A DNA stretch of 63,264 bases, the filler included, from Pelomyxa schiedti (lineage: Eukaryota > Protista > Evosea): NCBI GenBank assembly GCA_020536535.1. It is 8 parts of 8 records of this genome, joined end to end, with 100 filler letters (N's around TTAATTAATTAA, not from the genome) between each part and the next. Parts side by side here need not be neighbours in the genome. Positions count along the whole stretch, not along the records: positions 34,388 to 51,785 come from JAHLWZ010001130.1; positions 51,886 to 53,391 come from JAHLWZ010002460.1; positions 53,492 to 58,997 come from JAHLWZ010001494.1; positions 59,098 to 61,112 come from JAHLWZ010002176.1; positions 61,213 to 63,264 come from JAHLWZ010002159.1; 3 more parts are not named here. One strand, 5' to 3'. Positions 51,682 through 63,264 of this stretch are shown here, in pieces (the stretch's first letter is position 1; every line of letters starts with the position of its first letter). A program made the translations under genes and the position numbers. A model generated the notes under the pieces. It made no database searches, was not told the DNA's origin, and saw only the letters and a program-made list of their open reading frames with translations.

Positions 51682-52072
51682 CTCCAAGTGTCTCTGGAAA
51701 GAACCTGGGGGAACACAAAAAAAAAAAAAAAAAAAAAAAGCCTCGTGGGAGATGAGTGATTACGACGCAGGGTAAGCACGCCATCNNNNNNNNNNNNNNN
51801 NNNNNNNNNNNNNNNNNNNNNNNNNNNNNTTAATTAATTAANNNNNNNNNNNNNNNNNNNNNNNNNNNNNNNNNNNNNNNNNNNNACCTCACTGATGCTT
51901 GGTGTGTGCGCCTTTTCCTGTTGACAAATTCATTCACTCCCCTTTGACTTCAGGATCTTTTTTCCTCGTGAGTGAGTTACGAGAATTGTACCAAAAGATG
52001 TTACCCACCATATGCTTTTGCACCCCTTCTTCTTTGGGCGCTTTCTGAGAAACATCAAAAACAAAAGCTTGT

Positions 52073-53147
52073 AATGCAAGAATTTGGAGACGTTACAATC
52101 CAACGTGCGATCGACGCACGTGAGCAAATCCTGGTGCTGTGTCTCGTTGCACCACCCACAATTCCTACTCGCTTGTCTGACCAACGACGTTGTCCGGCTC
52201 ACCGGTGAGCGTTGGGTCCTGAGGCGCTTCATCGTCCTGTCCTCAAGCTCGTGGACGTCACACAGGCCCGCCCCTCCGTCCGATACATCAAATCCCTGTC
52301 TGTCAGACTGGATGGCTCAGAAAAAATCTGTGGCCCAGTGATGTCATTGGGGATGGCGACGAGGCTTCTGTGCTGGTGTGCCTGGAAAAAAATGCAAGGA
52401 AGCTCTTGACTGTGGACCTCGCAAAGAGCTTCTCAAAGGGGATCATTGGTCACTGTGAAGAGGGGACAGAGTGTGTCGCTTCACAGTGACACACTCTGTC
52501 CACTTCACCGAGCTGTGATTGACACACATACTGGCTCGACACTGTGCCATGTGTCCGGTTCCAGTCTGGGACTCTCATTTCACACAATTTTGCTCAATGT
52601 GTCTCGTTGCACTGCGCAACCCATGGCCACCGCCCACGAAGAAGAAGAAACAAAAGAAGAAACAAAAGAAGAAGAAGTGCCAGGCAGGACCAAGTGGGTG
52701 TTTCTTGATGCTCGCCAATATGAAATTATGGATGGAGATGTTGATGTTGTGTTCTCACACAGGGTGCTTGATGGTGTCATTGGGGAGGGTGATGAGGCCT
52801 CTGTGCTGGTGTACTTTGAGAAGAACGAGAAGGTGCGCGGCAGGAAGCTTGTGACCGTGGACCTGGCAAAGAGCTTCTCAAGGGGATCATTGGTCGCTGT
52901 GACGGACGGTACGTCCCTGGAGTGCCAGCCATTCCTGTTCATGGATGACCTGGGAAACGAGATTGTTGTGATACAACAGGTGTATGAGTCAAAATCAAGC
53001 CAGACTGGTTGTGCTTTTGCAGTGAGTCTCACAACTGGTCGCAAGACAAAGCTGTGCAATGCGTGCACGTCCGTTTCCAAGGTAAACACCCAACTTGTCA
53101 AGCTGGACACCACCACCTTCAACGTGTTCACAAGGGTATGGAATTAA
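52073..53147 (+). pseudogene. Degenerate or rearranged orphan-family copies
   Basis: MQEFG..IDAREQILVLCL parallels MQARR..LDARDQFVAMCL at 53172 but is frameshifted; segment ~52396-52460 is repeated at ~52841-52902. Confidence 0.55.
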
Positions 53148-53171
53148 TTCATACTTTATGATTTCTGAGAA

Positions 53172-53391
53172 ATGCAAGCTAGAAGGCAAACCGCAATTGA
53201 AAGGGTGCTCGACGCACGAGACCAATTCGTGGCGATGTGCCTCGCACTGTGCCCTCCACCCACAATTTCGTCCCACCGGCCAGGGCTCCTCACAAACGAC
53301 TTGGTGACGAGGTCCATCGGCGAGCGTTGGGTGCTCTCTCCCGTCCGTCGTTTCATTGTCTGGAGCGCATCGCATCCCCCACACCACGTCG
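53172..53391 (+). CDS. Orphan-family member, 5' part only
   Basis: ARDQFVAMC..IGERWVLSPVRR; cut by the contig end. Confidence 0.55.
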
Positions 53392-53702
53392 NNNNNNNNN
53401 NNNNNNNNNNNNNNNNNNNNNNNNNNNNNNNNNNNTTAATTAATTAANNNNNNNNNNNNNNNNNNNNNNNNNNNNNNNNNNNNNNNNNNNNATATACAAA
53501 CAGCGTTGGGAAGACATGGTGATCAGGCGATGTCAGAAGCGTGGCTTAGAGCCAAGAAATCGGCAAAAAACAGGGTTTTTTCGGAGTAAACTCCAAAAAC
53601 GATCGGGAGTAAGACGCAAGTTGTTTTTCGCATAAAACAGCGGAAAAAGCTCGGGAGAGCACGATCGGGATAACCGCAACCTATTGCTCTCGAAGGTGGT
53701 GG

Positions 53703-56700
53703 GTGCAAGTTGTGGTGTTGTTTTCTAAGATTGTAGTGAGGTTTTTTTTTACTGTGGGCACACAAAGCACTTCCTCCCCAAACAAGAAAGACCACCCAAA
53801 CCAGCGTCCTGTCTGGTTACCTAAGGAGTTGCATGATACACTTCAAAAACTTGTGGGGAAAGGACATGTGACCTCAGCAGTGCTGTCGGCAGTTCAACAA
53901 TCACTCCCCTCTGCATCCAACAACAGCGACTCAACTTGTGACAAGCTGTTGCAAGCAAGGTGCAGTCGCTGGTTGTCAACCTATGTGAGCACCAGAAAGT
54001 TACCTGAAATTCTTGCCATTTCTCATGTATGATCATGGTTTTGTTCTTTTGTAACCATTTTATTTCTTTCAGTTGTGTACAACTGGTAAAGCAATTACTT
54101 TGGAGCAACTTCCAAGTAGAAGTGACATACCCAATATCAATGCTGCCCTGGCTGGTACCTTGCAGCCAATTTGAAAGGGGTTACTACCTATCATTTACTC
54201 ATGGATGAGTCCAAGAGACGCTGTCAGAGTTTCACTCCTGTGTTCATTGCACTCTGCACACTGTAGTATTCTCCACAGCAAAGTGCTGAGTTTCTCTTTC
54301 ACTCCACGCTGCTCAGCTGAAGAACTGTTCGACTTAAAACTCCCGTTTTTTTTACCCCAAGTTTGCCGCACCCCAACTTATTGCGGAGTACACTCCCGAA
54401 ACTAAGTTGGTTCAGAAGAGTAAACTCCGAAAAGCATTGGCCGTCCCAACAGTCAGACTGGGTTGACTTTCAACGAAGAAATGGGCAATACGCCCCAAAG
54501 ACCACCGAAATGCTCCGTTGTGGGCTACGATGCGTTCCAAAACGTTATTGCCGAACGCGCTTCTTTCTTCAAGCGCTTGGCGGAAAGTGCCAAACAAGCT
54601 GACTTGCCAAACGCGGCCGCCAGCGTCATTGTAGCTAGGAATTTCAAGCTGGTGAGGGAGATCGCGCACGGCTGCAACGGTGCACACCCCCCTTTGCTTT
54701 CTTTTACAACAATTGATGTGACCTGGAAGGAATTGTATACGAGGTGAAGTGCATTGGGGAGGGCCACCCGGAGTTCTTTAGGGATCAATCGTACGTACTC
54801 AAAGTGCCCTTCAATTATGGTGTACGCACGAGTTCAGCCTCAAATGCCTTTGAGGTGCGTTCTTTAAAATGTTTGTCACTGTTTTCCTATTACTGATTGA
54901 CATTGGTTGAAGAATGAATATCTGGTGTTGTCAACACTTGATCCACACCCAAATGTGAACCAGTACTTCTGTCACTTCACGGACAGGCTCCCTCAGGAGT
55001 ATTATGACCTGCTCCCACCCATTCCAAAGGAGATGGCACTTGATAAAATGAGGAACAGGTTCCACGCATGTGTGTGGATTGTCCTCGAGTATCACTCCGA
55101 GACACTCGACCATTTCCTGAAAAACCTCCACCAACCCACTGGCACTCAATCTTTCACAGCAACACCCTGGTGTGTTGTTCATAAGTACTCAAGGGACATC
55201 TGTGCAGGCCTTGTTCATCTCCTCACTAGCCACACTATTCATTTTGACATGAAGTTGGACAACATCGTTGTCTCTTCGGTGTGTTTTACCACCTATCAGC
55301 ATTTAACCAAAAAACAGAATAAAGAGCAGGCTATCGTGATTGACCTTGGGTGTGCTAAGAAATTCCCAAACGGGTTACTCGAGAGGGAAACAGGGTATTT
55401 TGGGACAGTGGGCAATCAGCTTCACCTTGCCCCTGAAATTCTCAACGGGATCGCACTACACACACAGCACCCAGATCGTTGTCCAAGTTTACCTTGTGAA
55501 AAGGTGCACAGCCAAATGCACTAACATCAAATGGTTCAATGACTCACTTTTCCAAAACAGCAACCTTCATTTGAACTTGGATGCATTTTGTTTGAACTGG
55601 CAATGCGTGGTCAACATCCTCTGCCAGGTTACCCAGCAGCATATGGCCCAACTGGCCAGATTGTCTTTTCAGTTGAGAGTGAGGGGCAATTTCCAATGAG
55701 ACCACCAGCATTCCCAAGGGAGTTCTGCAACCTTATCCGTAGCTTGCTGGAGTATGACCCCGCAAAAAGGATTCCTCTTATGGAAGCATTCAACCAGTTG
55801 GAAACTCTTGTGCCAGAACCAAATCCTTGGCAGCTGCTCTCATTTTATACTTTCATTGTACCCAGTGATGCAGGTTGGTTTTAGAGGTTTGCTGTCAACC
55901 TATGTCTGATGGGCATTTCACAAAAGGAACCCTGACTGTAAAAGCTCTTTGCCAGATTATGACTGGGGACTCAACAACAAAGGACTGTGTGGATACTCTC
56001 CACCAAGCTCTTGAGATTGAGCCATTGTTCTCACCAGCTTTATTGATTCTGCATTACTTGCTGCCTTCTGGTGGGCAACAAGGTCTGACCTCTATGCTTG
56101 ACCATGTGACAAGAAAGAGAATCTGTGCAATCGTCTCAGGGCGTGCTTCGTTCACACACACAGATCTAGAATTTGTGAGAGCCATCAACCAGAGCCACCG
56201 AATATCTCTCCCTGAACTAGTTTTAAGTGCAATCAGGATGAGGCACATTTGTAGCCTAAGTTTTGATGAACACCCTAGCCCAATCAAGAACTGCATCAAG
56301 TTGCTACAAGGAAAGGCCTCCACTTTGGACTTAACAAGGTCAGAACGACCATCTGATGATCGAGCTCCAGCATCCGTTTTTTTGAAGAATATCATGGACT
56401 CGTGTTCAGAACACGGCTACAAACGAATGTGGAGTGACCAGCTCACTACCTGCACCTGTAAGTACCCAAACAAACTTTTTTCCAACTTTCTTTAATTTGG
56501 TTTACATTTTTAAATTTGTCTCTGTATCGTTAAATACCAACAAGAAAAGATGAGCAACCTCCCAGAAGCAAACTGATGCTTCAGGCCCTTATGGAGTTTG
56601 AGGAAGTAAACATTGAGATGGCAATCCACCTTGTCTCAGATGCTTTCAAACAATTCGAGAGTTGCCCCAACTACAGTACGTTTCAAATAGAATGAATACT

Positions 56701-57623
56701 GCATTTAATCCAATGTCATTCCCCAAGGAAGAGTGGCATCACACGCACCGATTCAGGACTTGTGTTACCTTCCAGGCCTTCTATTTCTTTATGGTCTCCG
56801 TTTTTTCGCCGATGATCACGTTGCACTGCATCAACTCATTCCACCAAACTTGGCAACTGCATTTTCACATGCCATCTCCAGTTCCATTTCAGAAATGCGA
56901 GACTATTGTCAAAGGGTGATTGTGACACTATGGATGTCACCATACGAATATGAAGAGAAAGCGGAGGAAACGATGAGTTTTACAGAAGAGTGGGATGAAC
57001 TCATTACTTCAGTATCTACAATTAGTCAGGGGCAGAAACAGGGGGTATGTGAATATTTTGTTGCTTTGTGGACTGCCTGCTGTTTGGAGAAACCCCTTCA
57101 GATGGTGGGCTGTATGACACACAAGGAACCAACCACACTCTGGCGCTCTCCCACGATGTCACTCATTGGTGCATGTCTTATTGGTGGAACTGGTGTGGAC
57201 AGGGACCCCAGCAAGGCTGTGTACCTCCTTCAGCAGGCTGCTGATGCTGGAAATACCTCTGCAATGAACTGCCTTGGTTTGTGTTATGGCAATGGTTGTG
57301 GTGTTGATAAGGACATGAACCAGGCAGTGTCACTTTACAGGAGGGCTGCTGATGCTGGAAATGCCACTGCAATGAGCAATCTTGGTTTATGTTACGAATA
57401 TGGCTGTGGTGTTGACAAGGACATGAACCAGGCAGTGTCACTTTACAAGGGGGCTTCTGATGCTGGAAACATCTATGCAATGTTAAACCTTGGTGTGTGC
57501 TACCAAAATGGTGAAGGTGTCGACAAGGACATGAACCAGGCTGTTTTACTTTACAGGAGGGCTGTGACTGGGGGGTGCACGGCTGCTCTCGCGAGACTCA
57601 CTGCAACCACACAGGGGAGCTAA
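53703..57623 (+). CDS. Protein kinase (PINK1-like motifs) with C-terminal Sel1 repeats, multi-exon
   Basis: IAHGCNG, VLKVPFNYG, HPNVNQ, HFDMKLDNIVV, IDLG, GNQLHLAPE, FELGCILFE and DPAKR; then AADAGN..AM..LG.CY..G.GVDKDMNQAV repeats. Start uncertain. Confidence 0.8.
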
Positions 57624-58522
57624 CGAGCCTCCAATCTATCATACTACCTTAGTCTTCATTCACCCCTGTGTTCATTGTAGCTTCTTACAAGCAACATAGT
57701 CGTAGGATACATTTGTTTGTTATTCTTTATGTCTATTAAATAAATCGGCTTCCCCTCACGAAGAGAAAAACACATAACCTCTTGTGTGGACTGATGTAAC
57801 AATTGTTCCATTCAAATTGGAAGAACATTGACTGACCTCGTACAACAGAAGGCACCAGTCAAAGAACCGCTACCTGTTCAACACAACGTCCACAGGCGAC
57901 AATGCAACCAACCTTTGTGTGCCACAAGTCGCCAGTTCTTCACCTTCGGTATCTACCTAGGTCTGTTTTTGTCTTTCTGTGACTGAGATTTGAGTTGGGG
58001 GTTTGGGATTGAGGATTGGAGAAAGCGTACAAGGAGAGCGCCTTGTGGTGATGCGCCAGGTTCAAGAATAATCTTTTCCATGTGAGTCAGCTGAAACTGC
58101 TGTGCACAAACCTTTTACTTTTGGCCTGACGATTCAAGTTCAGCAGAGCGTGTTGGGTTTGAAAGCCAGTTTCTCTGAAATCTATCCGTTTTTGGTTGTT
58201 GAAACCTTTTTGGGGTTTTCTCCCTTAGAGAACGATGCCTCTACAGGCGCCCAGCTCCCCACACTTCCAGGACCCTGCAGAGGATGTTACCGCAGCTGTG
58301 GCAGTCCTCTGAATGTTCGCACAGACAGCCAAGCCCTTAATTAACGGGAAAACAATCAGTTGCCCAAAAAAGAAAAAAAAAACATCCCTAGGACGGAGGT
58401 GACCAAAACAAACAACACACAGACGGGGGCCGGTGGCGGAAAGCGTACGGATCACATATGAAAGAGCAAACTCACGTATACAGCAGGTTGTCGTCTGCTT
58501 TTTATTAAAAAACTCTATATTA

Positions 58523-58670
58523 TTCGTTTTGTTTTGTTTTGTTTTGTTTTGTTTCGTTTCGTTTCGTTTCGTTTCGTTTCGTTTCGTTTCGTTTCGTTTT
58601 GTTTCGTTTTGTTTCGTTTTGTTTCGTTTTGTTTCGTTTCGCTCCGTTTCGTGTTGTTTCGTTTTGTTTG
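58523..58670. repeat. Compound pentanucleotide microsatellite (GTTTT/GTTTC)n
   Basis: Read directly from the sequence. Confidence 0.95.
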
Positions 58671-59097
58671 TCTTGTATCGTTCTTCCTTAGTCTTGTGTT
58701 AAACTTACTGTTGTGTTCCATTTCCTCACGGCAACATAGGGCTGATTCCCTGCGGCACTCAGTCAGTCTTCTGAACCAAGCCAGAGCTACAGGTATCTTC
58801 TCTGTTTTTCTTTTTCGAGTTCTCACACTTTATAGCCAGGTGGTGTGGCAACTTGTCATCGCCACGGTAAATCCACCCCCCTCTCCCTTTGTATTATCAC
58901 CCAACCATGATACGTAGGTACCCAGACCCAGGTTCCAGTGTTGCACACCACAGCCCTTTCCTGCATTTCCGGCACATTGAACAGTGATGCTGGTAGGNNN
59001 NNNNNNNNNNNNNNNNNNNNNNNNNNNNNNNNNNNNNNNNNTTAATTAATTAANNNNNNNNNNNNNNNNNNNNNNNNNNNNNNNNNNNNNNNNNNNN

Positions 59098-60520
59098 TTT
59101 GTTGGTTTTTGTTACCTTGGTGGTGCTTGTGTCCATTGAATGCCATTTGAATAATTGATGATATTAACACCTTCAAAGAGCGTGCCGGGTTGTCGTAGGA
59201 GCACTTGACAAGCTTGTCAGCATTCATCTTACATCATCAATTCAAAGGAGAAAAAAAGAGATGAATGACGCATGTTCAAAAAGGATGAGAAACATACAAT
59301 AAACGCCGATCGAAGTAGAGAACGATCGCCGCCCGTAAAGGAGAGAGCAGCTTGATCGGAACTGAACTTGAGAAGAATAAAGGGTGCCGAACCAAGCTGC
59401 ACCGCCTTGTTTGCCAGTGTCTTGTCATTGGATGGCGAAGGGTCTTCGTGGTTGGGCATTATGGCCACCACCACAGAACCCTCAGAATCTGCACACCCGT
59501 CCTTCATCATCACACTCCCCTCACAGTGAAATGCCACACAATCAATATCATTTTCATCACCAGCACTATCACTATCACTTGTTCTATTACTGGTACCACT
59601 ACTGCGCACGGTGGCGGTTGTTGTTGTTGTTGTTGTTGTTGTTGCATGGTCGACATTGGGCTGCTGTTGTTGCGATGACGATGATGATGTCGGTTGGAAG
59701 CGGGCGCCACGAAGGAATTGTGGGTCGGTTACGGTGAGGTCCTTGGGTATGACAGCACCGCGGGGCTCCGTCGTGGCCTGCGCGACGATTCGTTCGCGAA
59801 ACAGCACCTCGAACAGCTTTGGCACCGGCTTCTGCTCTGTCGGCGGCAGGCGCGTGACCACGAAACTATGCACAGTCCTCCCCCTCGTAGTCATCGTAGG
59901 CGACGATGCTCGCCGGTGGACGACGTCGGCCTCCTTCGTTGTTGTTTGTGTTGCTTCGTCCGACCGCCTAGTCGTTGCTGGGCTCCTCCCTCCATCATCG
60001 TCGTGGTAAAGATTACAGGAAAGAAAGGATGAGGTGGACACTGGACTGTGACAGCCTCCCAATGAAATGTGGATGTTGTTGGCACCCAATGTGCCCTGTC
60101 GATAGTGAAGATGACTGAACATTGGCGTTGCGCAGCCAACAGAGAAGAACAGTCCTGAGGATGTGTACCTTGAACTACCACGGGAACAGTTGGTGCCGCT
60201 GTGGGTCCCACGTTGGTGTGTTTTGAAGAACCGCCGCACACTTGGATGATGTGAATCAACTGGTTCCTCTTCTATTTTCAGTGTGTGACACCAGGATCCC
60301 TGTGGGCTCAGGAATGGAGACACCTCAGCAAATCAGCGTGTCACAAAAGCCATGTTGAATAGCCATGGAAAAAGTTGGGAGGGAATGTGTTCTGGTTCAC
60401 ACAGCGGGAGCTGATGAAACAAGGTCAAATTGTTGAAGTCAAGTTGCCACCTAAAAGGGAATGCTGCTGGTGCCACAGTTCGAATGATACATTGTTGGCA
60501 CTCACTGGCCACATTGACAG
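59098..60520 (-). CDS. Hypothetical protein, multi-exon, 3'-truncated
   Basis: 364-aa ORF 59229-60323 with Thr/Gln runs plus flanking in-frame segments; no family recognised. Confidence 0.45.
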
Positions 60521-60959
60521 CACACATCAGGCACGTCAATACAAAACCAAAGCAATCAGTGACATCAAATCTTTGGTTTTTGCGTGGTGTTGTGCTCCGA
60601 TGCGGTGCATCGGGATCGTGCACCCCAAAAAAATGCTTGGTTTGTTGTTTTGAATCGTTTTCTTTCGTTTTTGTGGTATTTTTCGTTGGACTTTGCGTGT
60701 AGACGGGAAATGGGCTCCTTTCAACCACGAGGCACTCTTTTTTTCTTGGGCGGGTCATTCGTTTTTTTTTCACCCGCAACACACCACCGACAAGCAACCA
60801 ACGTTGTAGAACGTCGTTGTGGTGTTCTCTCGCGAATTTGATGCGTGCCGATCGCGCAGGGCCTGTTGGTGAGATATCGAAAAAAAAAATTAAATTTCTC
60901 AGTCTTTTTTGACGGTAAAATTGTGCTATCCAACTCAAAGAGATATACACTTTGTTGTC

Positions 60960-61112
60960 CCTGTTCAATTTCCTGAAAAATCTCCAGAGTCCAATCCAGT
61001 GTTACAATTGTCATGGATATGGACATACTGCGAAGAACTGCAGAAAGCCGAAAATGTGTGGATTCCAACCAAAGAGTAAGGGAAAGACCAAAAAGTCACA
61101 AAGTCGTGGTGG
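60960..61112 (+). mobile_element. Gag-like CCHC zinc-knuckle fragment (non-LTR ORF1-like)
   Basis: PIQCYNCHGYGHTAKNCRKPKMC matches CX2CX4HX4C. Confidence 0.55.
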
Positions 61113-61212
61113 NNNNNNNNNNNNNNNNNNNNNNNNNNNNNNNNNNNNNNNNNNNNTTAATTAATTAANNNNNNNNNNNNNNNNNNNNNNNNNNNNNNNN
61201 NNNNNNNNNNNN

Positions 61213-61870
61213 TGGAGAGGTGTACCTGTGGAGGCTTGTTGATGGCTGCTTGACAGATGATGAGAGTGATGGGATTAAGGTGGTTCTGGGTGGGGCCTTT
61301 TTTCTCGGTGGGAACCTGTTGCATTCTGATGTGAACAAGGCCATCCTGAGGAAGGGTACTGATGCCTCTACTGATGTCATGATTGTGGATTTACAGAGGA
61401 CATTTGAGAGCAAGACACTGGTCATTGACAAGGTCATTATCACACCACTTGCAGGTTGCGATTGCTTTTGGATCAACAACACGCTTCACACATTGCACTT
61501 TGCACTGTTGGCCTCGTTGTATCGTGTGTTCAACACCAACACAAAGGAGATAGTGCACACGTTCTCGTGCCCACCCTTCTATGGCCACAACCTTGGTCCA
61601 CACCACCTCTACTTCGTTGACACAAGCCAAGTGATGAGTGTGTTCCACTCCTCAGACCTCACCACACCCTGCCGTGTCCATCACCTTGCCGTGGCTGCAT
61701 TGCCAGTTCAACTTCAACCCACTTATGGTGGCTTTGTTCCTGTGATTGTTCCCCCCAGTACTGCAGCTGCAGAAATGGCATGGAACCACACTCACACCTC
61801 CAAGTGCGTGATACTTGATTTATCTGATGCCATTTCTGGAGTTGTTCTTGCTCGCATGCATGGGACATAA
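61213..61870 (+). CDS. Orphan-family protein, 5'-truncated
   Basis: C-terminus SVFHSSDL..PCRVHH..DAISGVVL resembles that of ORF 29420-30682; DNA similarity to 63110-63264. Confidence 0.6.
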
Positions 61871-61949
61871 CTCAATTCAGTTGCTCGATTCCTGACATTT
61901 TTTCCTTTTTAAGCGATTTTGCAGTACAATTATTTTTTCTCCCGATATT

Positions 61950-62400
61950 GGGGCCTTAATAGCACTGAAAGGAAGCTTCTCCCTCAGGAGGAAATCCTGG
62001 GGAGCATGCCACACATAGCAGACAATCGAACCCGAAAGAGAAGTTCGTCTGTGTTCGGGAAAGGGTTCCCCAGAGAAAAAAGATCACATTCCAGGAATAA
62101 CTGGCAGAAACAAGTTGGCAGAATGCTCGGTGTGGTTGGGGGGTGGCCGAACCAGATTGCGAAGTTGGTATGTAAGCAAAAGTAAGTATGGGGCATAGAC
62201 GCCGATGATGTCTAGGGCTTGATTCCCCCAGAGAATTTGAACCTTGGACATTCGGCCTTCCATCAGGACTTCGGGTTGTGTGGGGTTGAGGGATTTGAGA
62301 ATCCAAAAGTTTTTTCTCCCCAACAGAACCGATCTCTGTCTCAGCAGTAAAAAAACTAAAAGAGCTACCGCTGAACCACAAATTCCTTCACGATTTATCG
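61950..62400 (-). mobile_element. Degenerate APE-endonuclease fragment of a non-LTR retrotransposon
   Basis: EGRMSKVQILWGNQALDIIGVYAP resembles the GR...I..VYAP motif of L1/Tx1-type endonucleases; the frame breaks afterwards. Confidence 0.45.
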
Positions 62401-62575
62401 CGGGAATCTGTCAAGGTAACCAGACACCTGCAAACTGAAAGAATCTTCCTAACACCCACAGCAAAAATAAATTCGGTTGGTAAGAAATCGAACCTCGATT
62501 GTTTGGGTGGGAGACAAAATAATTACCGCTTCCCACTTGTTTCCAACATGTTTTTTTCTCGGAACAATCAAAAGA

Positions 62576-63264
62576 ATGAGCGTGTCGGCGTTGTTGAAGG
62601 CCAAGGACCAGTTCGTCGCCGTCGCGTGTGCTCCCATAACTCACTCTTTAAGTGGCAACAGGTGAACGAAGACATAAGAAATAACTAATAGAGACGGGAG
62701 TAACGATGAAAACGTCAGACCACCAATTTGCCACTTGGCGTCCATCCCATCATTGCTTGTGGAGTGGGGAAAAAGATGGGTGATGTCTGTGGAATCAAGG
62801 AGGGTGTGCACTCTAAAAGGAAAGGATGGCGTGCACTTATGGGTTAATGTGTCACCAACACTGGGTGTCGTTGACTGTGGTTCATTTGTTTGCCCAGACG
62901 CTCAGTCTATCACTCACATTTATGCTGCATTCAGTGATGGGAGCACATTCCTGATGGAAGGACGTGATGATCCTGAAGACTCTTTGTTTGTTGCTGACAG
63001 GAATGGGTCGCACGTGAGGACCCTGGCTTATGTTGGAGCTCGCTCAGATGACTCCCTACTAATTGGCATGAATGCAAACTGGCTATTCGTTTACTTCGAC
63101 GAAGGACTGTACCTGTGGAGGCTTGCTGATGGCTGTTTGACACAGGAGGAGAGCGATGGGAGACTGGTGGGAAGGTTGGGCCTATCTGAGGTTGGAGCAC
63201 TGTGGTTGTTCTTTGGTGGGAACCTGTTGCATTCTGACTTGAACAAAGCCATCCTGATGAAGGG
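62576..63264 (+). pseudogene. Orphan-family pseudogene
   Basis: MSVSALLKAKDQFVAVAC followed by stops and frameshifts; the 3' part is homologous to 61221-61357. Confidence 0.55.

Larger units (their letters stand above)
34388..51785. repeat. Whole-contig inverted repeat: arms 34388-43026 and 43147-51785, 120-nt spacer
   Basis: Every ORF is mirrored with coordinate sum 86173, and both contig ends stop at the same base (GATGGCGTGC / GCACGCCATC). Confidence 0.97.

Noticed and set aside
57200-57570. 108-nt tandem repeats as a CRISPR-like array
   Set aside because: These are in-frame 36-aa Sel1 coding repeats with no unique spacers.
58433-58917. ORFs with FRFVS / NETKR repeats
   Set aside because: These are translations of the pentanucleotide microsatellite.
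60333-60335. In-frame TGA between two minus-strand ORFs (selenocysteine or readthrough)
   Set aside because: It lies in GCTGATTTGCTGAG, which fits an intron branch point and acceptor.
29347-61168. Repeated TTAATTAATTAA as a biological repeat
   Set aside because: It is always centred in N blocks and is a concatenation linker.

Overview
Eukaryotic, intron-rich DNA with short introns (about 40-60 nt, weak splice signals). Gene content is Amoebozoa-like; an anaerobic archamoeba such as Pelomyxa is a guess, not something the sequence shows. The window joins about eight contigs/scaffolds through artificial N..TTAATTAATTAA..N linkers. The first scaffold (1-29302) is gene-dense: P2X receptor, Clu-domain/LRR protein, VNX1-type Ca2+/H+ exchanger, CUE/UBA-SKICH protein, divergent cullin, actin-related protein and dymeclin. 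The small contigs carry an expanded orphan gene family, Sel1 and MORN repeat genes, a PINK1-like kinase-Sel1 gene, and hAT and LINE relics. Contig 34388-51785 is a 17.4-kb palindrome, probably an amplification/assembly fold-back, carrying an LRR-PP2C gene, a hydrolase, an ankyrin gene and a Rac GTPase twice. The main discovery is near its centre: a circularly permuted tRNA-Thr(AGU) at 42655-42737. Its T arm and 3' acceptor strand come first, then a 9-nt linker, then the 5' acceptor strand, D arm and anticodon arm. The break is in the variable loop with no canonical BHB motif, and the tRNA is nested in a roughly 290-nt structured RNA ending in a T7 terminator.
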